From: a virus
Direction: 5' to 3' (one strand)
IMG/VR virus record: IMGVR_UViG_3300032240_003128
Length of the DNA: 64,000 nucleotides
In this document: in pieces, positions 1 through 9,001 of the stretch
Layout: the number at the start of each line of letters is the position of its first letter
How positions within the stretch are numbered: the first letter of the stretch is position 1
The notes under the pieces: generated by a model
Told to the model about the DNA's origin: nothing
Seen by the model: only the letters and a program-made list of their open reading frames with translations
Databases searched by the model: none
Position numbers and translations under genes: made by a program

Positions 1-34
1 GTCAAAACCTTGGAAAGCTAAGAAAAATGAAATT

Positions 35-307
35 ATGACATTTTGGAGATCTCTTGCTCCGAATTTACCTTTGCAATTAAAAGCAATAGATAATATTCAT
101 AAGGGAAGTACATTACAGCAGGATACTTTGAGAATAACCGGAACAAAGGAATTTATTACGACTGTTTTATCAAGATTGAAAGATTTTATAATTTACGAAA
201 ATCCAAACACGAAACTTGTCTTAGATTACAGACAGAATGCTAAAAGTTTGAAGCCCGGCGAGAAAAACAGTTATTTATTTTACCTTAACGTCAAGAACAG
301 GAAGTAA
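35..307 (+). CDS. hypothetical protein
   Basis: 90 aa ORF with ATG start; no recognised motif. Confidence 0.6.
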   Translation: MTFWRSLAPNLPLQLKAIDNIHKGSTLQQDTLRITGTKEFITTVLSRLKDFIIYENPNTKLVLDYRQNAKSLKPGEKNSYLFYLNVKNRK

Positions 308-448
308 TTTTTTTCTCAATCGTGTTTTAGCATGTTCTAAATTTTCTATTTTTTCATCTAGTTTCTTTTGTTTTTCTGCAATTTTTTGTATATTTTCATC
401 CAATTGTTTTACAACAAATATAGTTTCATCTATCAATCTATCAATCAT
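275..448 (-). CDS. small coiled-coil hypothetical protein
   Basis: GGAG upstream of ATG at 448; heptad-like sequence QLDENIQKIAEKQKKLDEKIENLE. Confidence 0.5.
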   Translation of the reverse strand: MIDRLIDETIFVVKQLDENIQKIAEKQKKLDEKIENLEHAKTRLRKKLLPVLDVKVK

Positions 449-553
449 TGTAAAATCTCCAATAAGAGAGACAATATTTATTAACGATGTTGACAAATTA
501 TTGAAAAAATGATAATTTAATAAAGGCATATTAAATGCCACGGAGCATTAAAA

Positions 554-1972
554 ATGGCTACAAGCATAACAGTTAATAATGATTTTTGCCAATTACAAAC
601 GGACAACAAACAATTATCTGATTATTTAATTGCGAACTTAAAATTCAGGCAAAAAGGATATCAGTTTTCACCACTTTACAAGTCAAAAAAGTGGGATGGG
701 TTTGTCAATTTTTTCTCAGCTAAAACTGGAAAATTTCTTTCTGGAATTCTTCCAGAAATTTGCATGATTGTTAAAAAGTTTAATGAAGTTTACGAATTAA
801 ATGATTTGAGAACACCAATCAAATTTAAATTCGATAAAATCGATGAGAATTTTCTGCAATATTACAATGAAGACATGAACACCAAGATTGAACTGACTGA
901 TTATCAGGTAGATCTAGTTAATCAAGCTATTAAGCATAAGCGTGGGATTATTGTTGCTCCGACAGCATCTGGTAAAACATTTCTTATGTCTGCGTTGCTA
1001 AAAGCTTTAGGAGAGCATGAGCCAACTTTAGTTTTGCAAAATAGAAAATCCTTGGCTTCTCAAAATTATGATGAAATTTCTAGATGGGGATTTAAGAAAA
1101 TAGGATCTTGCTGGGGTGGAAACAATAATCCAAACACAATTACTGTAGCAACAGCACAGTCGATTCATCATTTAGAAAACAGATTGGATAAGATACGAGT
1201 TGTTATAGTCGATGAAGTTCATGATATGGTGTCTGAAACGGCAAAAGACATTTACAAAAAGCTAAAAAACGCTGTAATTCGAATTGGTCTTTCTGCAACA
1301 CCGTTTAAGCATGGAGAATCTGACAAAGTTCACAAGTATATGGTTAAAGGATTTTTTGGTCCAATTATTAAAACAAACACAACTTCAACAGGAAGAGTAA
1401 CAACGGCAGATTTGCAGCAAAAAGGAAGATTGTCACAATCAAGGTGTATTTTTTATAAAATCGACAAGCCAGATTTGGAATTATCAATCTACAGCGAAGC
1501 CGTTGATTTAGGAATTGTAAACAATATGCATTTGCACAACAAAGTTGTCGATATAACCAATGCTCTTTCTGGAAGAACTTTAATCTTAGTCGATAGAATT
1601 GCGCATGGTGATCAATTGAAAAAGTTAATTCCAACAGCTTGTTGGATAACAGGTAAAGATGATAATGATTCAAGAAAAGAAGTCATCACAATGCTTCAAA
1701 ATTCTAAAACAAGTTGTATAGCGATAGCCACACAGCAAATATTTAATACTGGAATTAATGTTAAGATACACAATTTAATCAATGCTGCTGGTGGGCAGGC
1801 TGATCACTTGATCATTCAGCGAATGGGTCGTGGTTTAAGAACAGCTGACGATAAAAAAGAAGTTTTGTATATTGACTTTATGTTTGAAAATAACACATAT
1901 CTTAAAAAACACTCAGCAAAAAGAGTTAAGATTCTGGAGAAGGAGGGACACTCTCTTCAGTTTCTCGATTAA
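554..1972 (+). CDS. uvsW: UvsW-like SF2 DNA helicase
   Basis: APTASGKT, DEVH, SAT and QRMGRGLR motifs; N-terminal WDGFVNFF typical of UvsW. Confidence 0.9.
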   Translation: MATSITVNNDFCQLQTDNKQLSDYLIANLKFRQKGYQFSPLYKSKKWDGFVNFFSAKTGKFLSGILPEICMIVKKFNEVYELNDLRTPIKFKFDKIDENFLQYYNEDMNTKIELTDYQVDLVNQAIKHKRGIIVAPTASGKTFLMSALLKALGEHEPTLVLQNRKSLASQNYDEISRWGFKKIGSCWGGNNNPNTITVATAQSIHHLENRLDKIRVVIVDEVHDMVSETAKDIYKKLKNAVIRIGLSATPFKHGESDKVHKYMVKGFFGPIIKTNTTSTGRVTTADLQQKGRLSQSRCIFYKIDKPDLELSIYSEAVDLGIVNNMHLHNKVVDITNALSGRTLILVDRIAHGDQLKKLIPTACWITGKDDNDSRKEVITMLQNSKTSCIAIATQQIFNTGINVKIHNLINAAGGQADHLIIQRMGRGLRTADDKKEVLYIDFMFENNTYLKKHSAKRVKILEKEGHSLQFLD

Positions 1973-2237
1973 TTTCTTTAAAAAACAAATTAAATAAATC
2001 AATAAGCTTAGAAGATCTGCTTTTTACAATTCTTTTCACTTCGGTTTTTTCCGCATCGTTCATTTTGGTGTACTTGTTCCAAGTTTTTAATCTTTGTATT
2101 ATTTTTTTAGGATCAAAAACATTGATATTGGCATACCAACCTTTTTTGTCATCTATGTTTAATTGAAAATGATTTATAAAAGCATCTTTCTTTGTTTCGT
2201 CTTCTACGCTTTCTAAGAATTGTATGAAAGTAATCAT
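1926..2237 (-). CDS. virion-type protein with capsid-targeting-like N-terminus
   Basis: start re-called at 2237 (MITFIQFLES). Confidence 0.65.
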   Translation of the reverse strand: MITFIQFLESVEDETKKDAFINHFQLNIDDKKGWYANINVFDPKKIIQRLKTWNKYTKMNDAEKTEVKRIVKSRSSKLIDLFNLFFKEINRETEESVPPSPES

Positions 2238-2267
2238 ATGACTATATATTGGTAGGGAGAATTTTCT

Positions 2268-3077
2268 ATGCATTTTATTGAATGGGCTGGCAAATCACCT
2301 GACGTGATTTTTGGATTTGATAAAGGAATTCCATTAAAAAGACAAAATGTTTATAATGAAGAACCAATAGAACCTTTAAAAATTGAAAGCGTAATTGAAG
2401 AAATTGTTAATTTAGGCAAAATAGGGATGAAAGACCCTGTAAAAGATTTTGGTGCTATTGTAAATTATGGTAATCCTAGTCAAGTAGGATCTTTGCAGAT
2501 AAAATTTAGTCCACTTGGATCTTGTCGTGTTACGATTATGCGAAGAATTAGTGATTTGGAAGGTGATTTGACTTGGATTACTCGTTATGCTGTTCCTGTT
2601 ATTAATGATTATGAACATTTGACAGCCGAGGATATATCTACTGAAAAAATGATTGCTGTCAGGGTTCATGAATTGGCAGACTATATTGATAAAACACCAT
2701 TAGAAACACCTAAAAACAAGTATGAAAAGCTAGAAGAATTAGTTGTCATGATTGCTTCTAACATGAAACTTAAGCATCCTTCTGTGATGAATTTTCAAGG
2801 GGTCATGAGGCAAAATGACAACACTTATATAATTTATTTTTCATATAATGGATATGGAATTGAAGCACCGGGTCAAAGAAAAGTAAATCAATTTAATGTT
2901 TATATTGAATTTATCAAAGATAAAGGATTGATAAGATCATGGGGTGCAGAACACTCTGCACCCCACTTGTTATATAACTATGAACCACAACCGCCTGAAT
3001 GGGATGAATATTTTTCTTGTGATCAAAATAAAAATGAAATTGTTACAATTCTTGAGAACATTTTCAAGACTTATTGA
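2268..3077 (+). CDS. hypothetical protein
   Basis: 269 aa ORF, GGAG upstream. Confidence 0.75.
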   Translation: MHFIEWAGKSPDVIFGFDKGIPLKRQNVYNEEPIEPLKIESVIEEIVNLGKIGMKDPVKDFGAIVNYGNPSQVGSLQIKFSPLGSCRVTIMRRISDLEGDLTWITRYAVPVINDYEHLTAEDISTEKMIAVRVHELADYIDKTPLETPKNKYEKLEELVVMIASNMKLKHPSVMNFQGVMRQNDNTYIIYFSYNGYGIEAPGQRKVNQFNVYIEFIKDKGLIRSWGAEHSAPHLLYNYEPQPPEWDEYFSCDQNKNEIVTILENIFKTY

Positions 3078-3400
3078 TCTAGTTCTTGCAATTTGATATA
3101 ACATTCACCAAACACTTCGATGACACCTATGAGAGCTTGAAATTCTTTTTGGGTGTCGTTAATAAAATCTAATTCACGAATAACACGTTTAGTTTCACTT
3201 TTTGAAAATTTGATAGCAGCCTTTAATCCATCATTTTTAAGGATTTGTGTAACTTCACGATATGGCTTATCTTTAGCTTGAAAGTGATAATATGAAAGAA
3301 TGGCATCGCCGCCTTTTGCCTTTGCATCAGCAGCATTGTTTTGTGCGCCTTTGCGCCTATTCTTTAGAAATTCCAAAGGATCATCAGATTGTGATTTCAT
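3071..3400 (-). CDS. hypothetical protein
   Basis: 109 aa ORF, GGAG upstream. Confidence 0.65.
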   Translation of the reverse strand: MKSQSDDPLEFLKNRRKGAQNNAADAKAKGGDAILSYYHFQAKDKPYREVTQILKNDGLKAAIKFSKSETKRVIRELDFINDTQKEFQALIGVIEVFGECYIKLQELDQ

Positions 3401-3429
3401 AAATTTACTTGTTGCTCCATAATATAAAA

Positions 3430-4155
3430 CTATTGATAGATAGCCACAAGAGGTATAAACTTCTCATTATATATTTTTTTAATATCATCCACATTGTAAT
3501 CTTTATATTTTTCGTGTTCTGTCAAACTAGCAATTTCTTTTTGTATCTCTTCCGGCAATCTCTGCACCCATTCGCTACAAAAACACCACAAAGGATCAAT
3601 TTGTTTTGCTCTTATCTGAAGCAAAATTCTTTTTATATTTTTATAAAAATTTTCATATGTGAAATTTTCATTTAATGTATCTTTTAAAGAAATAATTGTT
3701 TTTTCTAAAGCAGATATTATCATTTTATCATCGAGTTTTCTTGTGATTGTTTTGGTAATCATTTTAGTTTCTTCCATCTTTTTACGCCAAACATGATATC
3801 TTTTTTCTGCTTTTTCTCCTATTAGCAAACTTGGACTTATAATTGGATCTCTAGTCTCAAGCAATTTTATTATTTCTAATTGTGCTTTGATAAATATGAA
3901 AAATTCTGCTGGTTTTGTAAATACGCTTCTCTTGTCTCTGACATATTTTAAAACATATTTATAAGCAGATTGATTTATTGCTGGTTTTAAATCATTAAAT
4001 CTAGTGTGATTATAAACTGGAAAATAATGATATTCACAATTCAAATAATATATCAAAAGGTAATAGGCAAATATCATGTTTTCATCGCCTAAAAATCTTT
4101 CAAGCTGATCGGTTGAAACTTTGTAAACTTCACGCATAAATTCCGCCTTGGACAA
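3430..4155 (-). CDS. putative helicase loader (T4 gp59-like)
   Basis: size and pattern resemble gp59 (aromatic N-terminal helix, KAEKRYHVWRKK, ILLQIRAKQIDP, C-terminal NVDDIKKIYNEKF); near a DnaB/gp41 gene; remote, by-eye similarity. Confidence 0.4.
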   Translation of the reverse strand: MSKAEFMREVYKVSTDQLERFLGDENMIFAYYLLIYYLNCEYHYFPVYNHTRFNDLKPAINQSAYKYVLKYVRDKRSVFTKPAEFFIFIKAQLEIIKLLETRDPIISPSLLIGEKAEKRYHVWRKKMEETKMITKTITRKLDDKMIISALEKTIISLKDTLNENFTYENFYKNIKRILLQIRAKQIDPLWCFCSEWVQRLPEEIQKEIASLTEHEKYKDYNVDDIKKIYNEKFIPLVAIYQ

Positions 4156-4197
4156 AATGCCAGTTTGTATTCATTACCCTGAAAAACCAAACCATGC

Positions 4198-4453
4198 AAG
4201 TCAAAATTTTTATTTTTTTTGGCATGATTTTTGCGAATTAATAAATACTAAGTATTTATGTTTATTTGTATTTAAGAAAAACATATTTTTGTTAAGTGGT
4301 ACTAAGTTACTCTGAGCGAAGCGAAGAGTAAGTTAGTACCACTTAAACTAAAGCATCCCTAAGTACGAAGTACTTAGGGATGTATTAATACTAAATACAT
4401 AAATACTTAATTCGCAAAAATCGTGCCAAAAATCGGCAAAATTTTTTTGACTT
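4198..4453. repeat. nested inverted-repeat (branched hairpin/cruciform) element, candidate replication origin
   Basis: outer arms 4216-4241/4407-4432 pair 25 of 26; inner hairpins 4292-4346 and 4354-4382; small palindrome 4241-4259; AAGTCAAAA/TTTTGACTT ends. Confidence 0.9.
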
Positions 4454-4475
4454 TGAAAAGAAATATGCATACATT
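4447..4475 (+). promoter_or_regulatory. sigma70-type promoter for the polA-like gene (leaderless)
   Basis: TTGACT-17-TACATT, then 6 nt to GTG 4482. Confidence 0.55.
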
Positions 4476-4481
4476 TTTAGC

Positions 4482-5792
4482 GTGAGCATAAACGAAACTA
4501 TTTTCGAGCAAATCCACGACACATTTCGTGTCGAAAGTGTTATTTATCTAGAAATATTAAGCAATCCAGACCTTTCAGACAAAAAAAATCTTTTATTACA
4601 CATAAGACTTTTAGGACCAAAAGGTTCTAAATTTGAAATTAAATTACATCAAAACAACACATGTTCGTTTGTACACCATATAAGAAATTGTTTATTGCAA
4701 TTTAATCGACCAATAATTTGCTTGAATTCTAAGCTTTTTCAATCTTTCTGTTTAAAACAAGGCTGTAGAAATTTAATTGATTTTAAATTTATTTTTGATT
4801 TAAATTGGTTTGTTGATTATACAGACACCAGTTGTTCTTTTGATAGATTAAGCGATATATTTTCAACTTTTGTTAAATTTATTAAATCAGAAAATTATGA
4901 AATTTATACTAAAGTTTTTCAAAAATTAATTTGTTGTACTGTTCCATATATGGAAAATCAAGGAATCATTCTTGATGATGAAGCTACATTTGTATATCCT
5001 TATTATTCATCCAGTTTTCAAGAAAATGGTAGACTTAATTCAAAGTTAATTTCAAATAGAAACTTTAATCCACATACTTTGTCACATGAATCAAAATTAA
5101 ATTTTACACTACCAGATGATGAGATTTTTGTATCTTTTGACTTCAAAGCATTAGAGTTATATGTTCTTGCATATCTTAGCAATGATCCAAATTTAAATAC
5201 GATGTTATATAACACATGTCATCCGTATGAACAAATAGCGCAATATACTGTAAATTTAGATAGCTTTAAAGATCAAAATTACAAAGATTTGGGTAAGAAG
5301 TTATTTTTGCCAGCAATTTATGGAATATCCGCAAACAAACTAGCAGAATCATTAGGTTGTTCATTTTTGGAAGCTCAGAATGCATTAAGTAAAACAAAAG
5401 CTTTATTTTCAAAAGCTTTTGATTATGTTGTAGGTCAGATGGCTCAAGCAGAAAACTTTGGTTATTGTTTTGATTACTTTAAAAGAAAAAAGAGTTTTTC
5501 TGCAAATGATTCATATAAAGCAATGAATTTCTCTGTACATTCACCAGCTGCTGTCTTTTGTTTTATTAAGATGAATGAAATTCATTCATTTATTAATCAA
5601 AATTTCCGCCTATTGTTTTCAGTCCATGACTGTTTTGTTTTTGCTGTTAAAAAGGCTGAATTAAATTCAACAATAAAAAATATAAAAAATATTTTACAAT
5701 CAGAATTTGAAGATTACAAACCGCTCAAATTTATTGTTGATATTAAATTTGGTGAAAATTTAGGATTTTTGAAAAATTATTCTGAAATTTGA
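4482..5792 (+). CDS. short family-A DNA polymerase-like protein lacking the thumb
   Basis: motif A SFDFKALELYVLAYLSND, motif B KDLGKKLFLPAIYG, motif C LLFSVHDCFVF; MENQGIILD runs almost directly into NGRL. Confidence 0.8.
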   Translation: MSINETIFEQIHDTFRVESVIYLEILSNPDLSDKKNLLLHIRLLGPKGSKFEIKLHQNNTCSFVHHIRNCLLQFNRPIICLNSKLFQSFCLKQGCRNLIDFKFIFDLNWFVDYTDTSCSFDRLSDIFSTFVKFIKSENYEIYTKVFQKLICCTVPYMENQGIILDDEATFVYPYYSSSFQENGRLNSKLISNRNFNPHTLSHESKLNFTLPDDEIFVSFDFKALELYVLAYLSNDPNLNTMLYNTCHPYEQIAQYTVNLDSFKDQNYKDLGKKLFLPAIYGISANKLAESLGCSFLEAQNALSKTKALFSKAFDYVVGQMAQAENFGYCFDYFKRKKSFSANDSYKAMNFSVHSPAAVFCFIKMNEIHSFINQNFRLLFSVHDCFVFAVKKAELNSTIKNIKNILQSEFEDYKPLKFIVDIKFGENLGFLKNYSEI

Positions 5793-5847
5793 CTATTTTA
5801 GACTTAAGGCTCATATTAGGTCTATTGTTTTCAAGGAGGTTGGTGAA

Positions 5848-6402
5848 ATGAAAATATTTCAGTTGTTTAAGATTAACGCAGATGAATTTAGAGAACTTGA
5901 AGATAAATTTGGAAAACTTTGTTTGTATGCCAGTTGGCAGTTGATATCTAATAATTCTCGTAACAACCACCAGTTAGATGTTGATGATATTAAGCAAGAA
6001 CTTCTTATGTCTGTTATTAGAGCTGGAAGTTATTATAAAAGACAAACTTACATTGAATCATCGTTTGAAATTTTAGAGAAGTATGTATTAGATGATGGAA
6101 TATTTAAGAAAATTTTTGATTCTTTGAAGGATTTGTGGAAAAACAAAACACATCACGGTGCATATCGACGTAAATTTGGAGATCCTCAAGAAGAAATCTT
6201 AGAGAAATTAATTAAGAAATTTGTTCCGCTTCAACAACGTCCTGACATAAATTTACGACTTGATATTAATGCAAAATTTGTTATTTACACGAAGCAGATA
6301 ATATGGAATGCTGCTCGTCATGTCGGGAAAAAAATTACTAAAGAGAAACATCTTCGAGTGGGACAGGTATCATTAAGTGAACACGAACATTTGTACATTT
6401 GA
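5848..6402 (+). CDS. sigma-factor region-2-only protein (gp55-like late sigma candidate)
   Basis: DVDDIKQELLMSVIRA and KFVIYTKQIIWNAARH...QVSLSE match sigma70 region 2; no region-4 HTH; AGGAGG SD. Confidence 0.6.
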   Translation: MKIFQLFKINADEFRELEDKFGKLCLYASWQLISNNSRNNHQLDVDDIKQELLMSVIRAGSYYKRQTYIESSFEILEKYVLDDGIFKKIFDSLKDLWKNKTHHGAYRRKFGDPQEEILEKLIKKFVPLQQRPDINLRLDINAKFVIYTKQIIWNAARHVGKKITKEKHLRVGQVSLSEHEHLYI

Positions 6403-6410
6403 GGTTTAGG

Positions 6411-7940
6411 ATGACCCAACTCACGGAAGATCAACAAAAGCTGCTGGAAAATATGCTTCAGCAGCAGAACACACAAACCAAATTCCGTTGGGATGAAAAT
6501 TTCCAACGTAGAATGCTTGGTATTTTTTTAACTGATAGAAATTTCTTGCTTCAAGGAAAGTCTTTAATTTCGCCAGAATATTTCACTAATGAAGTGCATG
6601 TTGCGGCATGTAAAATTTTATTTAAACTTTTTGAAGAACATCCTTATGGTCTTCCAGATAAGATGATCATAGAAAATGATTTACTCGAAAAAGTAAAAGA
6701 CAAATCTGATTCTGTAAGAATGTATTACAAATCAGAACTGGAATGTCTGTATGAGTTCTTTATTCCAAACCAAGCTTCTAGAGATATACTTTACAACAAA
6801 CTGGTAAACTTTTCTAAGATTCAAAGTCTTAGGATAGCAATGGAAGAATCTCAAAGAGATTTAAAGAAAAACCCTGATTCTGAAGAAATGTGGTCTAAAG
6901 TTTACGAAAGATTTCGTAATTGTATGCTTGTTTCTAAGAATTTTGATGCAGGATTTCAGTATTTCACCCAAATAGATCAGTTTTTTAGTGAATTAGTCAA
7001 AGACGAAGAAAGAGTTGATAAATTTACATCAGGATTTTTGTCTATTGATTTTGAAATATCAGGTGGTGGACCAAGACGTGGTGAAATTTATGCTTTTATT
7101 GCTCTTCCCGGTGTTGGTAAATCTCTTGCTTTGGTCAAAGCCGCTGTTGAAAATGTAAACAGAGGATTCAAAGTTGCCTTCGTATCTGTCGAAATGGATT
7201 GGGTTTCCATTTCAAAAAGGTTTACTTCAGCTTATGCTGGAATGCCTTTTAATAAACTTATCAATCAAAAAGAAGAAATTAAAAGTATACTTGAATACAA
7301 AAGCATGGAATACGAAGACAAAAACAGATTGATTGTAAAACAATTTCCTGCCGGAAGTATTGATGTTAACGATATACGGGCTTATCTGAATCAATTAGAA
7401 TTGTATGGATTTTCTCCAGATGTTTTGATTGTTGATTATCCCGGTGAAATGAAAGATACTCCCGGAGTTCCTGTTTGGGAATCTAAGTATAGAATTATTA
7501 GAGACTTAAGAGGTTTGGCTTGCGAAAAGAAAATGCTTGTTTTTACAGCAATGCAGCCAAATAAATCTGCTTCTGATCTTTCAGCTTCTGAATTTATTGA
7601 GGAGGGTAACATTGGTGCATCATTTGATATGTTTAAGCCTCTTGACGGTTTGTGGTCTATTAACAGAACTACCGATGAGGCTAACGCTCAAGTTGGTAGA
7701 ATTTTCGTTATCAAAAGTAGAAATGGTAAATCAAGATACCATTTCCCTGTAGAATACAATCAAGATATGCTTACTATTTCAGAAATTGATTTTGATAAGT
7801 ATAAAACAAAAATGCACAATAAAGCTCAACAAGACGCAAATACTTATAGCATAACAACTGATACGACTAATATTTCTCATATTGATCCACCTAAAAAGGG
7901 CAAGAAGAAACAACAAAATCCTTCAAATCCTATTGACTAG
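6411..7940 (+). CDS. dnaB: replicative DNA helicase (DnaB/gp41 family)
   Basis: ALPGVGKS, SVEM, LIVDY, TAMQPN and KSRNG motifs. Confidence 0.9.
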   Translation: MTQLTEDQQKLLENMLQQQNTQTKFRWDENFQRRMLGIFLTDRNFLLQGKSLISPEYFTNEVHVAACKILFKLFEEHPYGLPDKMIIENDLLEKVKDKSDSVRMYYKSELECLYEFFIPNQASRDILYNKLVNFSKIQSLRIAMEESQRDLKKNPDSEEMWSKVYERFRNCMLVSKNFDAGFQYFTQIDQFFSELVKDEERVDKFTSGFLSIDFEISGGGPRRGEIYAFIALPGVGKSLALVKAAVENVNRGFKVAFVSVEMDWVSISKRFTSAYAGMPFNKLINQKEEIKSILEYKSMEYEDKNRLIVKQFPAGSIDVNDIRAYLNQLELYGFSPDVLIVDYPGEMKDTPGVPVWESKYRIIRDLRGLACEKKMLVFTAMQPNKSASDLSASEFIEEGNIGASFDMFKPLDGLWSINRTTDEANAQVGRIFVIKSRNGKSRYHFPVEYNQDMLTISEIDFDKYKTKMHNKAQQDANTYSITTDTTNISHIDPPKKGKKKQQNPSNPID

Positions 7941-7981
7941 GTTTTGATTTATGTTTATGGTTTAAACTAAGGGGGTGCGGC

Positions 7982-8407
7982 ATGGTTGAAAAAATTGGTT
8001 TGGGTGACAAGGAATGGACAATTGATTCTCGTGATCTTAATTTTACTGATGCAACACTTAATGCATTTTTTGAAAAAGTTGGCGCAATTATTGACTATGT
8101 AGGTGCTGGTCACGCCTTGGCAATGAAATTACATTCAATTGCTGAACTTGAATATAAGAAGAAATATATTGATAAGTTCAAAGATTTGAAAGATCAAGGA
8201 AAATCTGACAAAACAGCAGAGCTTTCTGCCGAAGGCGATCCAGAATCAATTGATTTGAAAAGACAAATAATTGAAGCAAAATATAACAAAGATAGACTTT
8301 ATGCTCATTTGTCTGCTTTGAATGCAGCTAGAGAAGACGGTCACAATAGAGGGCATTTTTTACGCAAGGAAATGGATAAGCTCAACATGGACATTGCTGA
8401 GAGATAA
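7982..8407 (+). CDS. UvsY-like recombination mediator
   Basis: 141 aa helical protein with UvsY-like size and pattern, in a cluster with UvsW, UvsX and SSB. Confidence 0.5.
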   Translation: MVEKIGLGDKEWTIDSRDLNFTDATLNAFFEKVGAIIDYVGAGHALAMKLHSIAELEYKKKYIDKFKDLKDQGKSDKTAELSAEGDPESIDLKRQIIEAKYNKDRLYAHLSALNAAREDGHNRGHFLRKEMDKLNMDIAER

Positions 8408-8408
8408 A

Positions 8409-8993
8409 ATGTTTAACATTGAGTTTGTTCGTAAGTATATGATTACTGCCAAATTGTTTGGCGAGCTTAAAAATCCATGCTACTCCAGAAAAATTGGAGT
8501 AGTTATTGTTAATGATCGTTTGACAAAAGTCATTAGCATGGGATATAACGGTCCTCCAAGAAATGCGCCTCATTGCGATAGTCCAGAACATCTTAAAACA
8601 ATTTTTCTTCCTCAGCTTACAGAAGAAGATAAATACAAAATAGACCCTAATTTCGATGAAGAAGAATTTATTAAAAATCATGCTTATGAAAAGCAATGTC
8701 CAAGAAAAATTCTTGGATGTAAATCTAGCGAAAGGCTTGAACTATGTTCTTGTGCTCACGCTGAAGCAAATGCTATAGTCAATGCATCTGCTGATTTAAA
8801 TGGATCGCATATGTTTGCATGGTGTACTTTGCCATGTATTGAGTGTACAAAATTAATTATAAATTCTGGAATTAGAAAATTGTTTTGCTTATCTAATAAA
8901 GATAAAGACTATTCTATTGGCAGCAGGTTTCTTTTTGAAAAATGCAGCGTCGATATAGTCGAGCTTGATGAAAAAACCATTTTAGAACACTAG
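8409..8993 (+). CDS. dCMP deaminase
   Basis: GYNG, HAEANA and PCIECTKLIINSGI motifs; start re-called at ATG 8409. Confidence 0.92.
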   Translation: MFNIEFVRKYMITAKLFGELKNPCYSRKIGVVIVNDRLTKVISMGYNGPPRNAPHCDSPEHLKTIFLPQLTEEDKYKIDPNFDEEEFIKNHAYEKQCPRKILGCKSSERLELCSCAHAEANAIVNASADLNGSHMFAWCTLPCIECTKLIINSGIRKLFCLSNKDKDYSIGSRFLFEKCSVDIVELDEKTILEH

Positions 8994-9001
8994 GTTAATA
9001 T

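Noticed and set aside
4198-4453. CRISPR array, MITE/IS end or ordinary terminator
   Set aside because: No repeat-spacer periodicity, no transposase or target duplication, and no poly-T after the inner stems
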